Assembly: GCF_947568905.1 (NCBI RefSeq) | Contig: NC_079169.1 | Coordinates: forward strand, 15,686,001 to 15,750,000 | Length of the DNA stretch: 64,000 nucleotides | Source of the DNA: Ostrea edulis | Taxonomy: Eukaryota | Direction: 5' to 3' | Part shown: positions 34,409 to 47,700 of the stretch, piece by piece | Layout of the letters: every line of letters starts with the position of its first letter | Position numbering within the stretch: position 1 is the first letter of the stretch | The notes under the pieces: generated by a model | Databases searched by the model: none | Told to the model about the DNA's origin: nothing | What the model saw: the letters and a program-made list of their open reading frames with translations, nothing else | Translations under genes and position numbers: made by a program

Positions 34409-36322
34409 TTACTGTCCTCCTTCTTGAGAGGGCATGCTTCTGATGATGTCAGAGTCACCTGAAAGGTAACAAATTATTATACATTGTTACTCTGAAATCC
34501 ATTATCCATATTCAAAGTCTTGACAAATTGGTTTTTTTTTTAATTGTTGTGAAATTATTACCTGGATCAGTAATGCTCATCGTGCAGACCCTGAAGTATT
34601 TTCCACAGGCTGTGCCCAGCTCAATGTTGTTCCCAGTGTAGTGGTGGACGCCTGTCTTGGCCAACATGGCGTAGTACTCAATCTCACTTTTCCTACAAAA
34701 TCATGTTGGTTAAATTAATCTGCACAAAACCCACCATTATGATATGCATCATATTTGTTAATGTTTTAATATTACTGTAAATAAAATTGGACAATAATTT
34801 CCGCCTCGTATAACAATAAACATGCTAAGGGTTGAAGAATTACCTGATTTAGTCAACCCTGAAATTCAAACAAACTAGACACTCTTGCTTCTTTTGTAAA
34901 CTGACATGTGAATGTAAAATGAAACAAGTCCTGAGGACCACACTGTTCACCTGAAAAACAGACTTGGATATACAACAAATGTCCCTGTTCTATCAAAATA
35001 AAGAAGTTATTTTATCTTATGGACTTAAACCTATATCCCTTCATTATTCTAAAAACATTCTGAACCCTTTCCACCAACCGAAAACAAGTATTTACAATAT
35101 TACTGTGATTAAGTCAGGTTATTTTGTGGGTTTTTTCCATAGAGCAAATTTCAATCTTGATTAAATAAAAATTCCCACTAAAAATAATTGAAAATCCCCA
35201 TTCCAATTTTACAAAAAGATATTTATCACTATAGCAAGCAATCGGTTTCCTTTGTCTTTTCTAATGCTACCCCCCCCCCCCCTTCCCAAGTGTAACAGGA
35301 CACCATCTTCTACTAACCAGGGGACTGGGTTGGCTAAGTTCCTAATTATTCAAAACGGACAGTTTCCCAGAAACCTTGATGACTGAATTCCTTTAAGAGT
35401 CAAGACATCAGACAAATTGTTGACCAGAGCAGTTCAATCCCATTCATGACAATCATGAAGCAGGAGAACTTAAAACCACTGATTTGACTTCATCTTCATC
35501 TATTCCAGACTCCGAAGCCAGCAAAAATATTAAGTATTCTTCTAGACAACATGTCTGCATTAAAATTCACAACACCTCTTGACAGTACCTGAGTGGGGGA
35601 GTGTTGTTTGCAATGATGACCACTTTGGCTTTACCAAGCCTCAGCGTTTTCAGAGTCTGTCTGTATCCAAGAACATATTTCCCAGATTTCATCACCAAGG
35701 CAAGCCTTGAGTTGATGTTTTCGATGCTCTTTTTCTGCAAGATGAATTTTGAATGAAAGTACAACACATTAAAAAAATGTTCAAGATTTACACTTGCAAT
35801 ATGAACTCTATTAACAAGTACTATATTTCCATCTATACTTATACAAGAAAAGATTTAAATAACAGTGTTCAAGATGTTTAAAGACACAGATATCAGAGGA
35901 AAACTGGTCAAAAAAGAAGGAAAACACCTCAATCTACCTGGAAAAATTTCATTTTCTGTCACTTTCGATCAAACCAAGAGCGTTTGATTTTTTAAAACTG
36001 AGCCAAAAAGAGGAAAAGTCACACTCCTGTTAAGTGGTAACTGTATGGGCGATAGAAGCAAAGAATACCAACATAATTTTTTGTTTTCAGTCAAAAACTT
36101 TCCAACCTCCATGCTAGTAGATTTGTTCCTAGGAAAATTCTTCAAATGTTGATGTAAATTATCTTACAATTGTTATTGATAAAGATATTAATTATTAGTT
36201 TGAATTTTTCCTTGTGATTACTTTCATAGCCATTTTTCTGTGTAATTGAATGATGTCAAATTCACGTGATACAACACAACTGTAACGTCATTCCGACTTA
36301 CTGTTTTCTTTTGTGGTGCCAT
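34409..36322 (-). CDS. RPL30: 60S ribosomal protein L30 (eL30), complete, 115 aa
   Basis: Coding exons 36322-36302, 35734-35589, 34692-34562, 34458-34409 = 348 nt: [115 protein letters not shown]. Non-coding exon 1 ~36990-36968; polyA signal ~34390. Confidence 0.98.
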
Positions 36323-36967
36323 GGTTACTGGAATTGGCTATACCTACAAATATAAGACTGTATTCAAATCATGCTGGTTTGAAAATTACATGGTAAATTT
36401 GGTCCAAAGTGCAGTTTCAAAAAATCAATCAACAACTACTGTACTGGACTTTCTGTTCCAATGGATAATCATCCATTGGGACGAGTGCTGTCCCGATGGG
36501 ACTATACCCCCATCAGAACACATAAAATTTGTCCTTCTTTACAATATATACTTAACACCATACTTCCATGAAACTCGAAAATGCATACCATTACTAAATG
36601 ACACTAATAACTACAAGAGTTTCTTCCCTTGGTTTATGTTTCAGACGAGTAAATTAATCAATTGATGTATTAGCATTCAATTCGTTTAATACGAATTGAT
36701 AAAGACCGGGAATTCTGAATTTTAAAAAAATCGGTCCAACAAAACTTCAGTTCAGTTCTGTGGGATAAAAGGCTAAATGCAATGTATCAGACTGTCCGCA
36801 TGGCATGTTTCGCGATTGCGGTGAACACCCGAGAATTAAAAAAAAAACCAAGATTTTGGAAGGATAAACATTGCGATTCCAGTGTGTTCAACCCAAAAAC
36901 TTTTTGCGGATAGTATACTCATATTAAATTCATTTTATTAGCTCTGAGTGTTTTAGTACCTCCTCAC

Positions 36968-37140
36968 CCTTTGAGCACGTTGTCGGAAAGAACGATTACC
37001 CATAATTCATCATAAATCGCGAGACATTCTCGTTGAACTCTCGCATTCCATTGCAATGGCGTCGATGTGATATTGAAATGCCGATGTACATATGAAATAT
37101 TGAATAACTGTCGTGTCCGTTAGTAAACAGCTTGAAAAAA
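36968..37140. promoter_or_regulatory. Compact bidirectional promoter RPL30/WDR35 with TCT (5'TOP) initiator and TCGCGAGA motif
   Basis: Minus strand TTCTTTCC (+1 C ~36990) fits the TCT ribosomal-protein initiator, followed by donor GTGAG at 36967. TCGCGAGA at 37017-37024. WDR35 ATG at 37140, only ~150 bp from the inferred RPL30 TSS. Confidence 0.7.
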
Positions 37141-40100
37141 TGTTTGTTTACTTGAGCAAAAAGGTAATCTTATTCTCAGTGATGTATTTCAAAGTCTAGA
37201 CGATGAAGATTTATACAGAAATATCTCAAATAAACTGTTGCCAATGAAGCTTTAGCAATAGAATATTTGAAATGTCCTCTGCCAGGCTGTCGGCTTCCAT
37301 GTTCTACTCCCGGTTTGATAAAGATTTAGATAGATAGTTCATCCCATAATCACCTCAAATCGGGAGGAGGGGATAAACAGGACCAGAATTATTATTTTTA
37401 TTTTGGAATCAAAATTTTATGAACTGAACTACCTTTTAGGCCTATAATATGTTGATGGTGCTACTGTTTGAGCGAGCGTAGCTACATGTATAATTTGTAC
37501 ATATTTTGTAATGTTCATGCTTTGATCAGCTTCAATTTAAACAGTATATATTTGCCAAATATTCAGTCCATGAATGAAATTAGGCAGCAGAAACAGCCCA
37601 TTTTTGTTTTCCCTCAGGGTTTTATATCAAATAATTAAAATGTATTATACATGAATGTGATTGAAATATTTTTATAGTATATACATTTTATTTCTGTTGC
37701 CTTCATTGTGACTTGCTTAATCTTTGATGCACGAAATGTTCTCAGTGTTTGAAATTAACCATAGACTGATGGACCTAATCTCAGTGAGATTCGTCGAGGC
37801 TGGATATTTGGACTGACGCCTCTTCCGAATCTCAGACCAGTGTCACATAAAGTGATTCGGGAAATCTTGCCTGAACTTCGGCCGCTTGTTGCGATTAAAA
37901 TGGGTTAAATTGAATTTCTTGTCCGCTTCAACTTTTCGCCTTAGACATCCTACTAACTCCCTATCACAATGAAACATGCATTTCTTACCTTTACAAGGTG
38001 TAAATCCCACAGTAATTCAAGTTGGCTATTTTCGAAGCCATTGCAAACGGCCACCATTTCATATTTTACCTTCTCAATACTGAAGAGTTCCGATAGTTTA
38101 GGACGCCTTCAAATAGATTGATTAAATATTACACAGTTTTCTTTTTATTGCTTTGAATTTTTATGCTTAAATGCTTTGTACGAAGTAATTGTCAATCAGT
38201 AAGTTCTGTATTTTCAATCATAGTACAAATTGTCATGATGTAGTATATCGGAACTCTTTAGTATACAGAGGGGCATTCCATTCCTGGCATTGTTCTAGGA
38301 TGTTTCTTAGAATGTAAACTTGCTCTGTTGTGCCCCTCCCACTACGGAAGGCAGCCTGCTCGTCTCTCAGTTCTTCCTCAACACCTTCCCTTATTCTATC
38401 AATGATGATTCTGGAGAAGACCTTGGATGGTACCGACAGCAGGGAAATTCCTCTATAGTTGTCACACAGAGTCAAGTCCCCTTTTTTTTGGTAATTTGAC
38501 AATCAATGATCGTTTCCAATCCAATGGCACTTCCTTTTCATCTATAATAATATATTATTGATATGATAATAGGCAAGTCCCTCGGACTTGTGGCATTTCT
38601 AATTGCCAAGTCCGAACACGGAATTTGCTAGTCCTGGACTTCGGGCTTGAAGAATTTTCAACCTTTGTCTCTGCCATTTCTGGGATAGGCGTCAACATTT
38701 TTTTCCTGTTAAAGGTTTAGATTTTGCTTGGATTATTTTTTGTGCTTTAGTTCTTAGAGCGCTCGCTATTAGAATAGTGCAGAAATCTATAAAAATCCTT
38801 AAATTGATAAAGTCACAACAGTTTTCAGTTCTTAAAGGTTTTAACATATACAGTACATAAGAATCTGCTTTTGATACTGGTTTCAAACTTTTACCGGGTA
38901 TACTATGATTTATTACAAATTTGTATCTTCATAGCTCAAACCATTTCTTAATAAATCAATGGAAATTCACAATTACCTAATTATTTTAACACCTGAAGAT
39001 GTTAGTGTCCCTGGTATTGTAAAGTAAAGGTTCCATTTAAAAAAATTAACACCTCAGATTTTTCCTTGCCTGCAATTACGTAGCTGCAGTAATGTGGCAC
39101 TCACTGATTTTTTTTATTCCGGCGTTTCGGAAGAAGGCTACAATACCATAAGATCTTTGTAATGGTAATAAAACATTTTTATGCATAACCTATAATAAGT
39201 GCCATGTATTTGTCTTTAATGTTGTTTACACTAAAAATGATATAAACTTTGCGATTAGAAAATGTCTAATTTACTTAGAGGTGTTTTTCATTAAATATCC
39301 TGTATACTGTGCAGAATTCATGCTTGTTATCGTGAGATCATGAGATCTTGTTAGTGGATTGACTGAAAAACCAAAACATTGACAATCGGTGTGAAAGTGT
39401 AGTTGTTCAACATGTATTAATTGAGCCATTCCAAGAAAGAAAGGAAAATCATATGGTGGCTGAAAAAATTTACACTCTGCTGTTTGTTTTTTAACTTGAT
39501 ATTTCCAATACCAACAAAATCACTTTCTCCTCCATACTCGTACATTGATGGAAAACACTACCTTATATGGGCATATGCAAATAAATTGACAACCAGAAGT
39601 TCAGCTTCAGTACATCAAATATGGCGCACAATATGAATCGAGAAGTGGAATATATCGAAATTGTTAAAAACGGTACAGTAGAGTCTCACAAATCTTAGGT
39701 TGCAGCTTGTAAATTTATATATTGACTAAGAAGCGTTATAATATCAACGTTGTCTAAGTAAAGAAAACCAGCAAATGTTTAAAATGATCGAAAATGTTGC
39801 AGGAGTGAATCAACCCCCCCTCCCACCTACATCATTACGGAGATCCTAAGGAGTTGTAATGCCCCCCCCCCCCACCTACATCATTACGGAGATCCTAAGG
39901 AGTTGTAATGCCCCCCCCCTCCCCCCCCCCCACCTACATCATTACGGAGATCCTAAGGAGTTGTAGTGCCCCCCCCCCCCCCCCCCCAAATATTGAAGAG
40001 GGCTACCATTATTGCAGCTAGCAAATTATCTGTTGTCTACACAACATTTCCAGTAGATATGGTAGAACTGGAAAATTCCACTGTAGTTATAACCCAATGG

Positions 40101-43100
40101 TAATAGGATTTTAATGCTTCAGTACACATTACACAAAGCTGCCTGAACTGTACAGGCTGTACGTCACAGTGAAACGTTACGATCACTCAGAGCCTAAACT
40201 GTACAGGCTGTCACAGTGAAACGTTACGATCACACAGAATGATCAATTTAGACAGTGTTTTACACACACTTCTTATTTGTCTATCTGTCATCTTAAAATT
40301 GTGATGACAAAGGAATAGTGTAAAATGAAAATCTTGCAATGTTTTTTAAATTACCTGTTTCATTAGTATTAATTAGCAAATACGTGTTAAGATATTCATT
40401 AGTATTAATTAGTAAATACGTGTTAAGATATTCATGAGTATTAATTAGTAAATACGTGTTAAGATATTCATTAGTATTAATTAGTAAATACGTGTTAAGA
40501 TATTAATTAGTATTAATTAGTAAATATGTGTTAAGATATTAATTAGTATTAATTAGTAAATACGTGTTAAGATATTAAGATATATGCTATGTCTATTTTT
40601 CTCCACAGATTGCGATTCCAAACAATACAAAACTGCGGTATGTGTCGTGGAACAGAGAGCAGGGCTACATCGCGTGTGGGGGAGAGGAGGGCCTACTTAA
40701 GGTGCTCAGACTGGAGACTCAGACAGGTATTGCTGCCATTTTACTTACATGATGTCTTGTGAATGAAAGTAGAGCCAATGTGACTTCTTGAATCCCTCAT
40801 CTTTCTGACTTTCACAGAAGTCAAATGAATAGTTTCCAAGCATGTTTTACATTCTGGCAACACACAGCATTTCCCATAAGAAAAAAAAGGGGCAAACAAT
40901 TACTAACAAACCACTGTGATTTGAATGTGGTTTGATAGTATAGAAATTCAGATGCAAATGATTATGAGGTTAACAAACTACTATCTTACAAAATCATGTA
41001 CAAACCTTTATAATAAATTTACAATCAAACCACTCGTGACAAATCTTGAATCAAGCAATTTATTTGAAGCAGACTATTTATAACAATATATTAACAAACT
41101 ATAGGTAACAAACTTTTAATAAATCACTGGAGCATTGTGGACCAGCAATAAGAAATTACTAATAAATCCTTGTAGGTAACAAACTATTAAAAATTCCCTA
41201 GAACATTGTGGGCAGGCAGTAACAAATTATTAGGAAATCATCATAAATAACAAACTTCTGACAAAGAGTTAGAAATTGAAACAGATCAATTATGCTGTGA
41301 AAAATGATAAATATTGAGTGTACGCACATAAAGAATTCACATTTACAACCACAGTAAATCTTTTGAATTATTTACTGGCTAGATACTATAGATCTCTGAA
41401 TATACACGAGGAATTCATTATTGCGTAATTTCACGAGAGGCAGCACTTGTGTAATAAAATTACTCGCTTTTAATTTTCTGTTGCTAAAATGCATGTAAAA
41501 CTCTTGATTATCAGACTACATAAGTATTCATGTTCACATGATCTGACGTACATATGAGTCATTTCGCCATATTAAGTTCTCGTGTAAAATAAGGAATCTA
41601 CAGTATTTGGTGACAATAATCACAGTTTCATCCACAACAACTGTCAGGTACATCCATTGTCAGGTACATCCATTGTCAGGTACATCCATTGTCAGGTACA
41701 TCCATTGTCGGGTACATCCATTGTCGGGTACATCCATTGTCGGGTACATCCATTGTCGGGTACATCCATTGTCGGGTACATCCATTGTCAGGTACATCCA
41801 TTGTCGGGTACATCCATTGTCAGGTACATCCATTGTCGGGTACATCCATTGTCAGGTACATCCATTGTCGGGTACAGGTACATCCATTGTCGGGTACATC
41901 CATTGTCGGGTACATCCATTGTCGGGTACATCCATTGTCGGGTACATCCATTGTCGGGTACATCCATTGTCGGGTACATCCATTGTCGGGTACATCCATT
42001 GTCGGGTACATCCATTGTCGGGTACATCCATTGTCGGGTACATCCATTGTCGGGTACATCCATTGTCGGGTACATCCATTGTCGGGTACATCCATTGTCG
42101 GGTACATCCATTGTCGGGTACATCCATTGTCGGGTACATCCATTGTCGGGTACATCCATTGTCGGGTACATCCATTGTCGGGTACATCCATTGTCGGGTA
42201 CATCCATTGTCGGGTACATCCATTGTCGGGTACATCCATTGTCGGGTACATCCATTGTCGGGTACATCCATTGTCGGGTACATCCATTGTCGGGTACATC
42301 CATTGTCGGGTACATCCATTGTCGGGTACATCCATTGTCGGGTACATCCACCGTCAGGTACATTCACTGTCAGATACATCCATTGTCGGGTACATCCACT
42401 GTCAGGTACATCCATTGTCAGGTACATCCACTGTCAGGTACATCCATTGTCAGGTACATTCACTGTCAGATACATTCACTGTCGGGATACATCCACTGTC
42501 AGATACATCCACTGTCACATCCACCGTCAGGTACATCCATTGTCAGGTACATCCATTGTCAGTTACATTCACTGTCGGGATACATCCACTGTCACATCCA
42601 CTGTCAGGTACATTCACTGTCGGATGCGTCCATTGTCGGGTACATCCATTGTCATGATATACTACAAAGTTTTTCACTTCCAAGCCCCTGTACGCAGAAA
42701 TACACGTAGCCGACTCATAAGACAGATTTGAGGTGCTAACATACTGCATCTTGATCGCAAAGTACCAGGTGCTTGTATTTTAAAAATCCCTGCACAGAAA
42801 TGAAAGTATAGGAGAAAATAGCCTTCAGTTTGAATTGCTTAACAATACTATCATTATGGGTGAATGTAAAGACACACAAACACACACATTTGTAACGCTG
42901 ATTTTATTTCCGGGTAACTTTTATTTATACATAGAATAAACAGTAAAGCGACTAAGATTGAAAGAAATATGAATGTTCTATTCCTGTCTTGTGTCTGATC
43001 CACAGAAAACTAAACTGTTGACTTCATAAATCATTATAGATCAAGTGTTGATGGAATATGTGCAGAATATGTTAACTGTGCCCTATGAATATTCACAAAC

Positions 43101-44677
43101 TATGGAGTATTTAAAGATATGTCAGGAAATGTGAAACACTGACAATTATTGACCTTACGGACTTATGTTGATTTAGTATAGAAATTTATTGTAAATGTGA
43201 TATATGTAAAAATGAATTGTATGCATTTTAAGGGAAAGATGTTAAAGTCAAAGGACTAGCAGCTCCAAGTAACCTGTCCATGAATCAGACCCTGGAAGGT
43301 CACAGTGGTAAGTTTGAGGCAGGACTATAACAGGTGTGGTTTTCCGCTTACTTTAGTCCATGTAATATATGATGTATATTAGGGCCCTGTCTAAAGGCAG
43401 GAGCCCTATAGTGATCAGCCTGTGCGTCTGTCGGTGCATTGACAGTTTTCTGGACTTTTTGGCTATATCTGAAGCTATGGAATTCAAAATGTATTCATAA
43501 ACTTATATTAATGGGTGTCAGATCAAGTTTGAGTTTGTGCTTTCATGACTGAATTTTGGAAAGTTATGAATCTTGAACTTAGCAAATAATGCCACAAAAT
43601 GAGGCTCTTTTATGATGCCATCACAATGATATAAAAAATGTTTTTTTACTGTGATGCAATTCATACAATTCTATAAAAAATTATGATTCCTTTTTGTGTA
43701 TATTCTAATCATAGGGGCAGTGCAAGTTGTGACTTGGAATGAACATTACCAAAAACTGACCACTAGTGACCAATATGGACTCATCATTGTGTGGATGCTG
43801 TACAAAGGTAATAAATAGCTGATTACAAATTTGGACATATGTATATCAAGTGATCAGTAGTAGCAATCTGATGGAAATATTTATCATAATGAAAATATGC
43901 ACATTTTGTTGTCAGGTTCTTGGTATGAAGAAATGATTAACAACAGAAACAAATCTGTGGTCCGAAGTATGGGTTGGAATGCAGATGGACAGAAAATCTG
44001 TATTGTGTATGAAGATGGTGAGTAATGAGGCACCACCTCGCTCCTCACCCCCACCCCCACCCCCACCACCCCCCTCACCCCAAACCAGATTTCAAGATAT
44101 AGTTTCTGTGTCTTATTTTATATGCCTGTCTAATATAACTACATGGTGAAGATATCTGGTGGTTAGCTTCTCTGTGACTGGCTTATAACATGAACATTCT
44201 GAAGCCTAGAACCTTAAAACTTTGTCAGCTGATGTGTGTTGAGGGAAGGGTGTTTAGCAACCTTAAATTAGGCTGCAGTTACTTCAGCTATGACTAAGTA
44301 AAGTAAAACCTTGTCAGGCTTATAAGGTGGATACTATAAGGCCTATACTCATCACTCTTTTTCACCGGATGCATATTAGGTGTTAGGTTTTTAATACATA
44401 AAACTAGGTCACATTGACCCATAATTGAAAAAACCATTGCTCTGCCCATGACTTGAATACTGTAAGGCCAAAAAGCAAGTGTGAGAATGTAGTGTAGGCA
44501 TAGATGATCCCCTCAGCTTAATACAGTAATAATGATAAAACTAGACTAGTGTCCATGTGGGTAACTGTCATTTTTTCTTCTGTTAATCAGGGGACACTTC
44601 TAGATTTTATGTGCTAAAGTGGTAAAGTGGTGCTTCTTATTGATGTGTGTATATATATATATCTATATATATATATC

Positions 44678-44708
<31 letters not shown>

Positions 44709-47700
44709 GTTTCAAGGATTAAAGCCAGTAGCTTTAACAAATTGAAGATAAACTTGAAGATGAAAGTTAATAATTTTTGCTGCTTACTAAGACTAGCAGA
44801 GAGGATTTTAAAGAATAGATTCTGATTAACAGGCTGCGTTATTGTGGGATCAGTGGATGGCAATAGAATATGGGGGAAGGAACTGCGAGGTCATCAACTG
44901 GCTCACGTTGTGGTAAGTTCTCAAGAGATTTTTTTATCACATATTTATCCCTTTATCCAGTGGATATCACTCATATGATAAATTATTCGTATCCATCTTA
45001 AAGTAGGAGTTCCTACGCCGCGTGACATAATGTACATAGGAACTGGTCCAGGGTCAGGGTGACATTTATAAGGCTCAGGGTTAGAAAACATACAGGCTCA
45101 GGGATAGAAAACACACGGGCTCGGGGATAGAAAACACACAGGCTCAGGGATAGAAAACACACAGGCTCAGGGATAGAAAACACACAGGCTCGAGGGTAGA
45201 AAACACACAGATTCGGGGATAGAAAACACACAAGCTCAGGGATAGAAAACACACGGGCTCGGGGATAGAAATACACAGACTCGGGGATAGAAAACACACA
45301 GGCTCGGGGATAGAAAACACACAGACTCGAGGTTAGAAAACACACAGACTCGAGGTTAGAAAACACACAGACTCGAGGTTAGAAAACACACAGACTCGGG
45401 GATAGAAAACACACAGGCTCAGGGATAGAAAACACACAAGCTCGGGGATAGAAAACACACAAGCTCAGGGATAGAAAACATACAGACTCAGGGATAGAAA
45501 ACACACAGGCTCGGGGATAGAAAACACACAGACTCGGGGATAGAAAACACACAGGCTCGGGTATAGAAAACACACAGACTCGGGGATAGAAAACACACAG
45601 ACTCGGGGATAGAAAACACACAGACTCGAGGTTAGAAAACACACAGGCTTGGGGATAGAAAACACACAGGCTTGGGGATAGAAAACACACAGACTCGAGG
45701 TTAGAAAACACACAGGCTTGGGGATAGAAAACACACAGGCTCGGGAATGGAAAACACACAGGCTTGGGGATAGAAAACACACAGGCTTGGGGTTAGAAAA
45801 CACACAGACTCGAGGTTAGAAAACACAGGCTCGGGAATGGGAAACACACAGGTTTGGGGATAGAAAACACACAACTCATTGGATAATGATATTACACAAC
45901 CACAAACCATGGGAGATCCTATATGTGCCTTAATTTGATGAATTTGTTACTATTTATTTGCAAACAAAGAGGAACTGTTCAGAATACAGATGTAAAAACG
46001 AATAGGTTCAGATAACTCATTTAGCATCTTTAGGAATGGCTACACATTAAGAAGACAGTGCTTTTAATTGATTCTATTTTCCTTTTAGTGGTCTCCTGAT
46101 GGAAAGGTCATTTTATTTGGAATGACTAATGGTGAAGTTCACACATATGATAACATGGGAAATTTTATTGTAAGTATCATGACGTATTTATCATACACTC
46201 ATGCTTCAAAGAAAGGCTTACAATGGTTTACCAATCTCTAACTGTTTCTCCATCCCTTACTCCCTCTTTTAACACATAATTTTATATATTGCGGTTTTTT
46301 TTCCCCAGAAACTTTAATCTTAATCCCCCCCACCCACCCACCCCCCACAATTAAGCTATTCTGAGTGACATGTTGTAAATATATTTTATCAATTAAGATG
46401 GCTCATTACACTAATATATGATATGTGGTACTTAAGAAAGGAGTAAAAAAAACTGTGACGCTTCACGCCGACATACTTCGTGTAGCGCGATATCACGTCA
46501 TGAAAAGTACGCCGGCGTGATGTAGCGCGATATCGCGTCATGAAAAGTACGCCGGCGTGAATCGCTGCAGTTCATACCCTCATGTATTTTCAAAAGTGAA
46601 ATTTATTTCTTATACAAAAATTCTACTTTCATTTCTGTCAGAATTCCCAGCTGTGAAAATAACTGTATGATATATATCAAGATTTGTTCACAACTGCTGC
46701 ACATTCATGAGGAAATGGCTATCATTACAATTTGTAAAGATATCAAAGGCAGAAACATTGGAAATGTAAATATTTACCTTTTGATTTATAAGATCTTTGC
46801 ATTAATGACATGTTTTCCACTGATTGTACATTTCAGTCCAAGTTGAGTATTTACTGCCTATCTGGAGTGAGTGGGGCCATTCACATAGCTGGTATTGCCT
46901 GGTACAATGGCCTTAATGGCTATTTAGAGCCCAACTGTCCGAGTCTAGCCATTTGTTTTGAATCTGGTCGTTGTCAGATCATGAAGAATGAAATTGATGA
47001 AAGTAAGCATAGAGAAATATGTAATTGTTTTTAATGAATATATTACTTAAGGGGGCATAACACACTGAGTGAAATTGTCATGGATGAAATATGTACAATA
47101 CCAACCAGATTCAATCTTTTGGAAATCTGACCCAAAGCAAACCCTGGGTCTTTTTCCAGGTTTGATTTGCTTTAGCCCTAGCAAACCCAGGGAAAATTTC
47201 CTAGTTTATTTATTCGTAATACACAATTGATAAAGCTAAAAGGCAGACCCAGCAAATGCTTGAAGTTCATAAAGGGGTGAACAAAGCTGACTCAAAAAGT
47301 GACCTCAGGGTCAAATCTGAAGCTGACCCAGAACTAACTGAAGCGGATCCATTGCTGATTTGAATTTTTCTGGGTCTACATTTTAGGTCTGCTTGGGTGT
47401 AAGATTGTTTCTGGTGTGCACTGGACAAACACTTAAAAACACATGCATGATTCAAATTCATGATCATTCACAAAACATGTCAGACAGGTGATAATACGAT
47501 TTAGAGGGACAATGGATATATAGCTGATATTTACATGTCAGGCAGGTGATAATAAGATGTAGAGGGACAATGGATATATAGCTGATATTTACATGTCAGA
47601 CAGGTGATAATAAGATGTAGAGGGACAATGGATATATAGCTGATATTTACATGTCAGACAGGTGATAATAAGATGTAGAGGGACAATGGATATATAGCTG

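Noticed and set aside
35288-35460. Possible intronic snoRNAs in RPL30 intron 3 (hairpins ending ACA at ~35291; ATGATT..CTGA at ~35456-35408)
   Set aside because: Vertebrate RPL30 hosts an H/ACA snoRNA, but here the H box is non-canonical, pocket geometry is off, box C is degenerate, and no rRNA target could be matched by eye. A snoscan/snoGPS/Rfam search would be needed.
36321-36665. 114-aa plus-strand ORF antisense to RPL30 intron 1
   Set aside because: No recognisable domain or splice support; chance ORF.
41607-42731. Long ORFs of 175-374 aa on both strands
   Set aside because: Pure translation of a 16-bp minisatellite inside a WDR35 intron.
45013-45910. Cys/Phe-rich ORFs ([14 protein letters not shown]..)
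   Set aside because: Translation of the 23-bp minisatellite.
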